A stretch of 62,890 nucleotides of DNA, the filler included, from Vannella sp. (lineage: Eukaryota), in NCBI GenBank assembly GCA_023345925.1. It is 8 parts of 8 records of this genome, joined end to end, with 100 filler letters (N's around TTAATTAATTAA, not from the genome) between each part and the next. Parts side by side here need not be neighbours in the genome. Positions count along the whole stretch, not along the records: positions 23,777 to 35,604 come from JAJQQN010001159.1; 7 more parts are not named here. One strand, 5' to 3'. Under the pieces are notes generated by a model. The model was not told the DNA's origin, did not search any database, and saw only the letters and a list, made by a program, of their open reading frames with translations. The number at the start of each line of letters is the position of its first letter. The first letter of the stretch is position 1. This document shows positions 23,777 to 34,800 of this stretch, piece after piece. A program made the position numbers and the translations under genes.

Positions 23777-24644
23777 GATTATTCCCTTCAACGAAGGTAC
23801 CAGAGCGGGCTGTAGCACATTGGAAGTGTTGCCTGTCCCTAATTGTCCATATTCACCCAATCCCCAGGTCCAGACGCCGCCGTTCTCGTCCAAAGCGAGA
23901 GTGTGAAAGCTTCCGCAAGAGACTGCAACCATGGAAGGGATGTTGCTTATTCGCTGGACCTTCGAGAAGTCTCCAGACGAGCGGCCCAGTTGACCAAACT
24001 CGTTGTTTCCAAAGGAGAAGACGCCTCCTTGCGAGTCGACGAGGATCACTCCATCCCAGAGGGCAGCCAGGCATCGTAGAGGTTGCTCAAGAAAGTCTCC
24101 TTGAACAGCTGTCGGATAGAGAACACTCTTGGTCTGCCCGAAGCCTAGTTGCCCGCCAGAGTTGCCACCCAACAGCCAGAGGCCTTCTTCAGCCTCTGCT
24201 ACCAGAAAGTTGTAGCCGCAAGCCACTCCAATGAGTGGAGGAAGTCCTTCTACTCTTTCAGGAAGAGAAGGCGCCCAAGGGAAACCGATTGAGCTTGTCC
24301 ACACCCAAAGGCCGCCTTCGGTGTCGATGACAGCACTGTGAGAGTCGCCAGCAGCTATTGAAGTGATACGTGGAAGCTCAAGCATTCGCTGAAAAGATTG
24401 AGGTGTAAAAGAGCGACCAGCATGCCACACACCTCCCTCCGCATCCAATAAGGGAGTGCGCGAGTCCCCACTCCACCTGCATCGGCTGCGGGCCATTCCA
24501 GGGGACCCTTACTGGTGAGGATTGGTGGTTCTTATGACCAAGACCGAGTTGGCCCTCACAGTTCCATCCGAAAGCCCAAAGACCCCGTCGAGAGACAGGA
24601 GGATCGTGTGGTTGCCCAGAGGCATATTCTTCAATGGGAAACAG
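23777..24644 (-). pseudogene. RCC1-repeat (RCC1/BLIP-II) protein with a frameshifted 5' part, 3'-truncated by the contig edge
   Basis: RCC1 repeats IAAGDSHS, GGNSGGQLG, GNNEFGQLG, SCGSFHTLAL, WGLGEYGQLGTG. The upstream repeat GLWAFGWNCEGQLGLG...LAHSLI is in another frame (shift near 24450), and NHTILLSLDG is in a third (shift near 24585). Confidence 0.75.
24600..24644. repeat. 45-bp direct repeat, copy 1
   Basis: AGGATCGTGTGGTTGCCCAGAGGCATATTCTTCAATGGGAAACAG; 39/45 identical to 27279-27323. Confidence 0.85.
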
Positions 24645-24855
24645 AAAAGTCCCTAAATTTGATCGCGACCTTCACCAATCAACTTTTTATATGTTTTTAA
24701 GAGGGCCACTTTTCCATCTTCAGAGGAGAGGAGGCCAAAAGTGCCTCGTTTAAAACATATAAAAAGTTCATTCGTAATGGTCCCGGTCGAATTTGGAGCA
24801 CTTTTCAACGGAGGCCAGCGGACGTAACTGGGAAAGGGGGCGGTGAAATCTCTCT
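24644..24855. repeat. Dispersed palindromic (foldback/MITE-like) element, copy A
   Basis: Inverted arms of about 70 bp (24644-24713 vs 24737-24806) with the perfect core AACTTTTTATATGTTTT/AAAACATATAAAAAGTT, plus a 3' tail GGACGT...GGGGGCGGTGAA.TCTCTC shared with copy B. Confidence 0.8.
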
Positions 24856-24936
24856 TCTTCCTCCTCAGGACTGCTTGACTGGACGTACAACAATTGAACA
24901 AGCCGCTTGAAACAGAAACATTCTCATTTCCTCCCA

Positions 24937-27243
24937 ATGCTGGCGGACGAGCTGCGCCGCCTGTTGGAGCCTTTGGTGAGGAGCCCACCAATAGCTGGTC
25001 TTCGAGTGTTGGCTTCTGAAGCAACTTGCGAGGCGGTCGCAATCCGGAACAAAGTGATGGGCGGTAATGCGGCTTGCCTAAACAGCATTCCACTGGACGT
25101 CCGCGGTCACAGCGCAAGCGTTATGAAGCAGCATCTCTCGTCTAGTATCGACTTTGATGTAGCAGAAGCTCGTCATCCATTACTGTGCACCATTGGAGTC
25201 TCTGGTACTGGAAAAACCACCCAGCTAGCCCTCAACGCCGCCCAATTTCTGGACATTTTTCCCAATGGCTTTGTGGTCGAGGTCACTTTCAATGATGATG
25301 CATGGCACTTGCATCTGGATCGATGGGGCCTTTTCAAAGATGATCCACAGACATCCAAGCAAGCCCAAGGCCTTGAAAGAGTTGATTTTCCGAGAACTGT
25401 GTCCCAGGCAATCCTCCTTCGGCTGGTCGAGTTCTGCTGTGGAATGCATTACTCTTCGGTGGGATCTCAAATCCCTGAGATGGCCACATGCATGCAGCTG
25501 GTCTTGCAGGATGACATGTCAATTGGTATTTTGGGGGCTCTAGACTTGGTCCGCTCAGTGTTAGGGCTAGCCTCGGATACACCAGTGTTGCTTATGGTTG
25601 ATGAATTAGCGAAGCTCAATCATCCTAAGGCATATCTGCACCTTCTGTGCAGTATCATGGACAGCTGTAAGGGCTCAGCTGCAGTACCTCGCAGCTTCTA
25701 TCTCACTACCTCCACCTACGGCTGCATGGACTTGGTAAACTTTGCAACCAATTCTAATCGCCCGATCAACCTACAGCCACTGCCCCCCTTGTTCCCAATA
25801 TCACTGTCTCATGATAACGCCAATCTGCCTGCAATTCTCCAACTCTTCAAGAGCCCGCTAACCTCCCTCCAAAGAGCCTTATTCTCTGAAGCAGAAAGGA
25901 GAGAAATCAAACAGAAGCAGTTGAAGAGAAATAAGGCTCACAGAAAGGCAAAAAAGCTGACTGGGGCTCCAGCACCCCCCTCGAAAGATCCCTCCTTGGA
26001 GCTAGCTATCCATGCTGACGTCCAAAAGATGAGCGAAACGAAATCTGTTTTTTGCTTCCTGTCTCAGCTGATCTTGGTCGCTGGAGGGCATCCCAGGCGG
26101 CTAGCAGTCCTCCTGGCCAAACTGAGAACTTTCACTCATATATTGGAGAACCGCAGAGAGAAACTGCCGCCGGACACAGTCGATGACGTTTTAGCAATGC
26201 TGAATGATGATCAAGAGCGAAGCAGGCTCTTAGCCGCCCTGGATCCTTCCTCTGAGAGCCCAAACCTGTTCAGTACGATTGTGGAAATGATGGAACAGAT
26301 TTGCCCAATGTCGCTGGGTGAGCCACAGTTAGAAGAATCTGTGATGAGTCGATTGGTAGTGCCCTTTGCATTCCCCACTTCGGACAGAACGAAAAAAGCT
26401 CTCAGTTCTGCTCTCGACATGATCGAAGATGGCGTTTGTAGCTTCCTCCCTCAGAAACAAGGTGGCAAGGGGCTATTGTATATTCCTTATCCCATCTTGA
26501 TTCAGCTGGATCTTCCTTTTGGGGACTTTATCCCTTCCTTAACCCGCTATGGAGGCGCTAATGACGCTTTGGGACGTTGCTTTGAGACTGCAATGGAAAA
26601 CGTTGTCAACACCTTTGCAATGCTCTCTCCGCAGGAGGGCTTCCGTCTAGGCTACATCTGCCGGAGGACAAACACTGGTCCGCCAGATCTCTTCAAGCTC
26701 TTGCTGAGGCCTTTGCCCCCGGGGTCAACAGTGGATAGCAAAACGTTCGGATACTTACCCTATCCTCCCAGGATGAATGGTGAAGATTGCTCCTGTTTAC
26801 ATCTTCTTACAGAAGCAGCTGCTGGAATGTACAGCTTGCCAAAGCACAATCCTCACATCAACGCCATTGGACTCTTCGACTTGGTAAAGCAACAAGAAGG
26901 AACGCGGCGTGTGGTAGTCTTTTTCCAATGGAAGGACTGGTACGAAGACAAAGATATGCTGCTGCGATGGAGAGATAGCCAGGCATTCGCAAGAGAAGAG
27001 CATCCTGGGACTGTGCAGTTTCTGAGCGACCCTGTAAACAGTCTCGCGTTTGTTTTCATTCTTGGTAGCGCGAATCCCCTTGAGAGCCTTCGGCATCGGA
27101 AATCCAACGGCAACTCACCTGGCCCAATTCTTCTTGAACAAGAAGGCATTATGGACCTGAGCCACATGCGAAGCTGGTTCCCTACGGCCGGCTACAATCT
27201 TCAAGCTGCACACAAGCTGCGTCGAATTTATAGCTCGAACTGA
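24937..27243 (+). CDS. Crinkler/RHS-type (CR) effector core: P-loop NTPase + C-terminal PD-(D/E)xK restriction-endonuclease-like domain; intronless
   Basis: Walker A GVSGTGKT, VTFN, Walker B LLMVDE, SNRPINLQPLPPL, GGHPR, then GRCFE...PKHNPHINAI...FFQWK (REase-like E...N/D...QxK). Confidence 0.7.
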   Translation: MLADELRRLLEPLVRSPPIAGLRVLASEATCEAVAIRNKVMGGNAACLNSIPLDVRGHSASVMKQHLSSSIDFDVAEARHPLLCTIGVSGTGKTTQLALNAAQFLDIFPNGFVVEVTFNDDAWHLHLDRWGLFKDDPQTSKQAQGLERVDFPRTVSQAILLRLVEFCCGMHYSSVGSQIPEMATCMQLVLQDDMSIGILGALDLVRSVLGLASDTPVLLMVDELAKLNHPKAYLHLLCSIMDSCKGSAAVPRSFYLTTSTYGCMDLVNFATNSNRPINLQPLPPLFPISLSHDNANLPAILQLFKSPLTSLQRALFSEAERREIKQKQLKRNKAHRKAKKLTGAPAPPSKDPSLELAIHADVQKMSETKSVFCFLSQLILVAGGHPRRLAVLLAKLRTFTHILENRREKLPPDTVDDVLAMLNDDQERSRLLAALDPSSESPNLFSTIVEMMEQICPMSLGEPQLEESVMSRLVVPFAFPTSDRTKKALSSALDMIEDGVCSFLPQKQGGKGLLYIPYPILIQLDLPFGDFIPSLTRYGGANDALGRCFETAMENVVNTFAMLSPQEGFRLGYICRRTNTGPPDLFKLLLRPLPPGSTVDSKTFGYLPYPPRMNGEDCSCLHLLTEAAAGMYSLPKHNPHINAIGLFDLVKQQEGTRRVVVFFQWKDWYEDKDMLLRWRDSQAFAREEHPGTVQFLSDPVNSLAFVFILGSANPLESLRHRKSNGNSPGPILLEQEGIMDLSHMRSWFPTAGYNLQAAHKLRRIYSSN

Positions 27244-27278
27244 ACCAGTTTTGAGGAGTCAACCTAAGTAAACCAGAC

Positions 27279-27323
27279 AGGATCTTGTGATTGCCCAGAG
27301 GCATCCTAATCAATGGGAAACAG
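27279..27323. repeat. 45-bp direct repeat, copy 2
   Basis: AGGATCTTGTGATTGCCCAGAGGCATCCTAATCAATGGGAAACAG, starting 35 nt after the NTPase stop codon. Confidence 0.85.
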
Positions 27324-27491
27324 TTTCGAGTTGATGTAGCCACACAGGAGCACCTAGTTCGGACGCAGAAACCTAAATTGCTTCAATTGTAGGGTTTAGG
27401 GTTTGGCAATCCCTCTCGGAAATCGCAGGCAAATGAGAACGCTCAAATTTATCATATTGACCCACATTTTTAAACACTTTTCTTTCACCCC

Positions 27492-28574
27492 ATGCCAGAC
27501 GGGCCAAAGAGGTTGTTTGCGGGGGCTTGCTCAAACGTGGCGTTCGTGATTGATTCCAGAGGACAGCTCTTCGGTGTTGGACAGGATACAGCGGGTCAGT
27601 TACAGAAGCTTATACAGACCCCTGAGGAGCGAATCCAGGAGGGCTTGTCTGTTGTGGGGTGGACGAATGGAGGGATTCTTGATATCGCCGTTGCTCATGG
27701 ATTGACCATTCTTCTGACGGACAACCACGAAATCTATGGAGCAGGGGACCTCAGATCAAAATGTGGAGAAGCCTTTGAGCTTCTAAAGCTTCCCAATGAC
27801 CAAAAAGTGAAGCAAATCCGAGCCGGGTTCGACAGAGTGGCTGTACTTGATTTTACAGGGAAGGTGTGGATCTTCAGTCTCTCTTCTGTAGACAAACCAA
27901 CAACTGTACTGGGACTTCCTGATAACATTGCCCGAATCGCTCTTGGATATGACTTTCTCCTTGCACAGGATGAGGAGAATGTCTTGTGGGCTCAAGGATC
28001 GAATGAACATGGTCAAATAGGTCTGGAGCATAACAACCGAGCTGTTGAGGCTACCAAAGTTCCATTTGAAGGCCGTGGACCCTTCAAGGACTTGGCTGCT
28101 GGATGGGATTTCTCTGTACTGATTGACTCTGATGGAGGAACTTGGACCTGTGGAAATGGAAAATATGGGCAGACAGGGCATCCTCTTGGAGAAGCAGCTA
28201 ACCCACGCTATGATTTCCTCCAAAGAACCTTCAAAAAAATCGAAGGCACCTTCTTGCTGGAGCGGGTCAACGTTGGAGGATTCCACGTTTTGGGAGAGGA
28301 CAATCAAGGCAGAATCTGGGGTTGGGGAATCACCTATCGCTTGGGTATCAAGAGAGGATCTAAAAATTATCAACTTCCGACTCTTCTCCAAGGAACGGGA
28401 AGCTGCCATGAAAAGGAGGACATCAGCCATATGGCAGCAAGCCGTTTCTGCTCGCTGTTTATTCACTGCAACAAATCTTCATTGATGGTGTGTGGCGAGC
28501 CTCTTTATAATTGCGATGACCCAGAAGTCAATACTGCTCCTCCCAAATCAGCTGCCTCAGCCATCTTCATTTAA
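27492..28574 (+). CDS. RCC1-repeat (RCC1/BLIP-II) beta-propeller protein, intronless
   Basis: GQDTAGQL, IRAGFDR, GSNEHGQIG, LAAGWDFSVLIDSDGGTWTCGNGKYGQTG, VGGFHVL, IWGWG. Confidence 0.85.
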   Translation: MPDGPKRLFAGACSNVAFVIDSRGQLFGVGQDTAGQLQKLIQTPEERIQEGLSVVGWTNGGILDIAVAHGLTILLTDNHEIYGAGDLRSKCGEAFELLKLPNDQKVKQIRAGFDRVAVLDFTGKVWIFSLSSVDKPTTVLGLPDNIARIALGYDFLLAQDEENVLWAQGSNEHGQIGLEHNNRAVEATKVPFEGRGPFKDLAAGWDFSVLIDSDGGTWTCGNGKYGQTGHPLGEAANPRYDFLQRTFKKIEGTFLLERVNVGGFHVLGEDNQGRIWGWGITYRLGIKRGSKNYQLPTLLQGTGSCHEKEDISHMAASRFCSLFIHCNKSSLMVCGEPLYNCDDPEVNTAPPKSAASAIFI

Positions 28575-28589
28575 ACAAGCCAGCAAAGG

Positions 28590-28783
28590 CCGACAATGCG
28601 AATGAAGATTTTATATTTACGTTTTTAAGGGGGTCACCTTTTCCTTCGCTTGGTCATATGAACCGAAAAAGTGCCTCGACCAAAACACATAAAAAGTTCA
28701 TTGGTAAAGGTCCGGATCGAATTAAGAGGTACTTTTCAACCGTGGCTAGGGGACGTGGTTGACTGGGGGCGGTGAATTCTCTC
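28590..28783. repeat. Dispersed palindromic element, copy B
   Basis: AAAAGTGCCTCG..AAAACACATAAAAAGTTCATT.GTAA.GGTCC...TCGAATT...ACTTTTCAAC...GGACGT...GGGGGCGGTGAATTCTCTC aligns colinearly with 24737-24855; left arm more decayed. Confidence 0.8.
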
Positions 28784-28852
28784 GTGGTTAGTGAACTCTC
28801 TCCTATCTGATGGAAGAATTTTTAGATCCCGAATTGCTTATTTATTGTTTGG

Positions 28853-31800
28853 ATGCCCAAAGTGCCAGGCGGACGCTCAAAGCGCCCGAATGACCGACCG
28901 GGTGATTTGATAGAGCTTGGCTCTAGGAACAAGGCACCTGTGGCAAGTAATTCTCGGCTGACTATATCCGATGAGTTGCCCGCGAGTGCAGGAGTGAGAG
29001 AGGAGTGCGAGGAGTTCTGGGACAAGCAGGAAGAGATTGTTTCGTCTGTTCTTGGTCTCTGGGAGTCTAATCATGGTGCTGAGAGAGATAAGGTTGTCAC
29101 TGAGAAGCTTGAAGATATCCTCACGTACCTCTACCTCCGCGCCATCGACCCAAACCTCTACGTTTACACCTGCCTCGCTTACCTCTCTGCCCTTGTCCCT
29201 GAGATGTTCCTCTTGCCCGAGGTAGTTGTAAAGCTCTCCTTAGTACTTCACTCCGTCGCCACGCTCGATAAAGGGGTTGATCCAGACGGTTTCTCGCCCG
29301 TCCAGAACCCCTTCCGCAAGAACCCCTCCATCCCTGTACTGTCTTGCGCTCTGCTGTTCAACGCTCACAAGAGAAAGAGGAAGTGGCCACTTAGCTTCGT
29401 TCAGTGCTACATAGAGGACGCTTTCAATGCCCGAGTTTGGGTTGATCACGACGCTTGTCACTTGTTCGTGGCGAATATCCTCACCTCGCTTCCTCATACC
29501 CGATCTGTTCCATCTGGGGCTTCTCTGGCCTCTATTGTCTGCGTTACGGCAGGTCTTCATACAGGATCTCCACAACAAGGAGATGAGTTCGTCATCGACC
29601 GATGGACAGACCAGCTCAAGCAGCGTGTCATCTCGTTCATAGGCGAGATGGTAGAGTTCCAGGTGAGCAAACATAAGCAAAACGTCACCAGCTTCATCAA
29701 GACACTCTGTTCGACTGCCACAGTACCGAAAAGTCGGAGCATCGGTGCTGTTCACCTTAATGGTAAGTTAAAAGGTCCTATTAGCGAGGAGAACATACTG
29801 ACAGTGTTTTAGAGTGGTTTGATGATTTGCAGGCATCTCGATTGGCCAAAGAATATCTCCACAAACTGTGCCTCGAAACTCATCTTAGTTCTGAGCAAGA
29901 CTTGGAGATCCTCAAAACAGTCATCACTCTCCGGGTAAGGACTCATTGATAGAGAAACAACGAGACTAACTATTCGTGGAAAGGCTAAATCGGTTCCCGT
30001 TCAATTTTGTGAATGGGTGACCCAGCTGTTGAGCAATAACCCGGAATATCCAGCAGCCGCTCTCCGTTACTTCGTACAGAAAGAGATTTCAGCAAGTATT
30101 GTCAACTTCAAGCTTTTAGGTGCTATTCTTCAAGCACACCCGAAACCAGCAGAAGCGAATCTAGCTCTTGCTCTGCGAGAGCTCTCAGCAGCTTCTGAGG
30201 GTTTCAGGCCGTTAGTGTTCATGTTCCTTCGCCGCGTTGCCAGGGCATCCAAAACTTCCTTGGACTTGGACCTAATTCAGCTTGCAGATTCGTTGTTAGA
30301 GGCGACAGTGCCTCCCCAATTGGTCGGCTCTCGCGATTCTTGGGCATTGTTTATCTCTGATCTTACCTGTCTTTGTATGATCTTATGTGCCCCATTTCCA
30401 GCTCACGAAATGAAAGATATCAACAAAATGCAGGACTATCACTTCCGTCTGGCCACCATTCAGCGTCTCGGTATTGTCTGGTGCCACTCTGTCCAAGACT
30501 GCAGTCCGATTGTCTATCTCCAAATCATAAGGAGGATGCTAATCCTCGATCCTATTGAGTCTTTCCCGTTCCTCTCTGAGAATGGGGACGCCAATGTGTT
30601 CCAGATCATTCAAGGGGAGGCCATCATTCTCCAAGATACGGTTCGAGTCATTCTGCTGATGGCAGCCCAAGCTCGCTTCGGACTTGAGCCTCAAAAATGT
30701 CTGGACATTGTCTATTCTGTGTATTTCCGAGCGGCTGCTTTACAGCTGAGAAATCAATCATCTTTTGAGGCGCTCATCATCACTGACGGTGCAGGAGATT
30801 TCCTTTCTAGAATTTTGAGACTCACAACTACCAGAGAGACACTATGGGCACCAAGAGAGATCTTTCACAAAGCATGCTTGCTCTTGCTGCTGATTTCTGC
30901 GTTCAACCCTTCCTCTTTGGGAGCTCTGGTTTGGGAGAACTGTCAAACAGTGAAGCAAATGATGGAAATGTGCGTTATGCACCGCTACATTAACTCTCCT
31001 GCTGAACGTGATCGAGAGCAAGCTCTGGTTGAGCGAGGAAAACGAATGCAAAACTACAATGCTGTTCAGCAAGCATTGGTTTCTGAATTGATGGCTTCCC
31101 CCGACCAAAGGGAAATGTTGGACTGGATCAATGCAGGCAAACTGATTTATCTACCTCCCAGTGATGTTCCCTTTGAGTTCTCTCGCGGAGAGCTTCAACA
31201 AATTGAGAGATGTGCAGCTGGTCTCTTCCTTCCAAAAGCTCTCTGCGCCAGTCGCGCTCCAGATTTCCTTGTAGATATCATGGAGAGGCAAGGAGCTCGA
31301 TTGGCAGTAAGCTGGTTGCTCCCTATTGTTCATGATGATGCCGCAGCTCTTTCCAACCTACCTGTCAGTGCCCTGACGCACTTGCTGGTGGCTTACATTG
31401 ACCGAGAGATGGTCCCTCAGGTTGCTGATGATCTCTCTCTCCTCTTACGACAATTCCGCAAATACCTTGAACAGGCAGAGGATCCGCGTCCTACACAAGA
31501 AATCAGCCAGCTTCTTCTTTCGGAGCTTAGCTCAGCGTTTATTCCTCTGCGAGGAAAGGTCAAAAAGGCCTGTTCCATTGTGTTTGACGAAGTTCTTTTC
31601 AGTTCCAGCCCTATCGGTTCGCAAAAGGATGAGCTGAGCCGAAGTTCTGGCCCTTTTTCTCCTCCAATCTCCTCGCCTGTTCTCAACAAAAGCTTAACTT
31701 CAGATCTTCGCATGTCCAACCCCATTAGTGTTCCAGAACTTAAGGAGCGACTAGCGCAAAGTCCCTCTTACAAATGGCTGGCTGATCTTAGCACGTTGCG

Positions 31801-34800
31801 CCACTTTGATGCTTGTCAGGACATACTCTTCCAATATCTGCGCAAAGCATTGGAAGCAGAAGACGTCGAGGAGGACTTTTTGCAGCTTTTGAACTTTCTC
31901 CAAGAGCTTTGTAGTGGGAACAGGGTTCGTCACCAACAACTAGCGCTCTCCTTGGGCGCTATCGCATCTGGACGCCGAGTAATAATCGAGAGACTCTTCC
32001 AAAACGTAGAAATCTACAAAGTGTCAACAACCCACTTGTTTGAAACGCTGATGATAGCGGAGACCGATTGCCTTAATCTTAGCCAGGATAGTATCAGGTT
32101 GCAAGCGGCTGAAACCAATCCAGCTGTTCAACAGTCTGCAGTCCAACTGAAGGAAAACGGACTGATCCTCATACCTGAGCTGATTGTTGGAGGATTCGCT
32201 AATCTGCTAAGCTTATCGTGCCGATTTAAACGTCTGTTAAAGGGGTTCGAGAGAGAGTTTCATGATTTGCACAACTCAATGTTGGAATATGCCTTTCCCA
32301 TCAACTTCAAATCTAATCCAGCTCGCTTCGATGTGAAAACAAAGCAAATGCTTCCCCTACTGACGCGCTCTAATGCTTTGGATCTTCTCTGCTCTCACAA
32401 GCCCGCACTCTATGAACGAGGAGTCAATTTCTTCCACGGAGAAGATTTGGTCAAGCTACTGAGACTATTTGGAATATCTTCTAATTGCTACAAGTACCTG
32501 TTAGAGGCGGTCAATTGTATTGATCATTCGCGATTGGAGCAGCTCTGTTGTGAAATGGAGACTTTTGAAAGAGAAGCTACACGCTTGCAGTTAAATGCTT
32601 GTGCCCCAAAAGGTTGCAGAATTCTCAAATTCTTCCCCACAGACGAGCCAATGACGGATAACTTTTTGGACACTCAAACTCACTGTGATCTCATGGAGGT
32701 GGAGAACCTCATCTCGGACGGTGAATACCAAATGCAGTTGTCTGAACACGAGGAAGTTACTGAGGCAACGCTTGGCAAGTACCTTAATTGTGAGACTCCT
32801 CATCTAGTTCGTGACCAGTTCCTTCGCAATATTCTTGATGCTGGTCATCAGCGAGAAGAATCGGCGAAAAAGAGCCTACGGAGGCTGGCCAGTCAAATCA
32901 AAACATCCTGCAAATCGATCTGTAGTATCTACCAGGTACCCACTGCTTTCATGAATCTTTTAGATGCTTTGAATATTGCATTGGACCGCCCAGAGACGGA
33001 AAAGTTTCAAAACATCTTTGCCAAATTTTTGGGGGCTTTATCAAACAGAATTGACCGTTCTCTTGATGATCCCGGATTTTTATCATTATCTCTCCAAGAA
33101 CGTAAATCGCTTGTCGCTCTATCGAAATTCTTGTGCGGTGATCCTCAACCAAAGAGAGTGGTTTCACAGGTCCAGCTGAAAGATAATTCCGAAGCTCTCC
33201 TTGAAGATGAGATCGGAAGACTCAGAGAGAAGACTTTCGAGGAGCAGTTGGAAGCATTTCTTTCTGAAAAGGTTCTCGAATGCCCCCAAACTCTTTTTTC
33301 TGTGCTTTTAAAGGTGCTGAAAAATACCCCGGAAGAAGGCCAGTGTGGACTTGTAATCGATTGTCTGGAAGCCTGTTTAGGTGTAGCTTCTGATGATCAA
33401 AACAAACTGCTTTTCAATGTTACATTTCAAACGGATGAGGATGAGGATCCTTCATCTCAGAGATTGCTTGTATCATGGGACTCCTCCAAATCCCCCAAAT
33501 GTCCCCCATTCACGCTCTCGCTTCTTTCCATGATTCTTCACCGCGGAAGCTGGCCTTTTATGAACCGCTGCGCGGAATTTGTGCTGAAACCTGGAAGAAA
33601 CTTGCTTGCTACCAATGCGCTTCAATTCCTTTCTGCCTTTGCAAAGCATCCCCGCTCTTGGAGTTCATATACTGCTACAGAGCGCCATACCGCACCATTG
33701 GCCAGGTCCCAAATTTCACTGCCAACTCTCAGTCAGTTCTCTTCCAATCAAATCGTCCAACTCATCACGTTAATTCAACGCGAGCAAGAAGAACCTGACC
33801 ATCAAGCTGTCTTGCGGGAAAGGCAAGAATTCCTCCTTTCTACCATTCGAGAGAACCCAGATGCCTTGTATCCAGTACTCCTATCTGTGCTCAATGTCAA
33901 CCCTGGATCATCTGAAGGAGAGTCAGAGTGCCTCAAGGAGATTAGAACACTGATGTACCTTGCTTTTCCTCAAGAAGTCCGAGAAGGAGGAATTATGGAA
34001 GATTGTGACCTCTCCTTGGATATGAAGAGGGAGTCGAAGCTTGATCTCTCACTTCATCGGCTTTTGCGAGCTCTTCTTGATCACAATCATTGTGAAGCAG
34101 CCTATAAGATCTTATGTGGAATGGCCCTGCAGCATCGTGTCATCTTCCTCCGTTATCTCCCAATAATGGCAGCTCTTTTAGAGGGCCGAGTTCATCTCTC
34201 GGCTGCTTCTTTTGTTGAAAAGTCATTTATACGGCTATTTACTCACTGCCTTGGCATTATGGATCTACTAAGGCCTGATATCTTTGAATCAAAGGATTTC
34301 ACATTACTGCTGGATTGTTTCTTCCCTCTCCTAGCTAATTGGAGTAGCGACAGAAATTCCCACCTTGTACCTCTGATGCAGCAATTTATCCACTTTCTAT
34401 CTTACTGCGCACTGAACCATGCGCACTTACTCGTAGATAACCTAAAAACTCTGAAAAGGGTCCAAAGAGCGTATCCAGATCTTCCCAAACTTCAGGTATT
34501 GATCATTCATATTGAAGGAGGAAATAAGGAGAGCTTATCTCCTTTGAATGCGTTGAGCTCTGCGCAGCTGGGGGCCATCAGACATGATCTACAAGATTGG
34601 CTAAAAATTGAAGAACGCGAATCAATTTGCCTGCTTTCTGACCCATTCAAGCCAGAGGGGGACAGGCAAGCAAAGCAACATGCTTGCCTTAAGGCACTCG
34701 AAGACCTTTGCAATGTATCTGCCCACAGCCCTGCTGAGGCAATCAAGTTCCAATCTCAACTAGAAATGATTATTCGCTCAGCCAATGCGCATCAAGAGCA

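Noticed and set aside
24653..25117. 154-aa minus-strand ORF over the palindrome as a gene
   Set aside because: Copy B does not preserve the frame, and the peptide similarity is a by-product of DNA symmetry.
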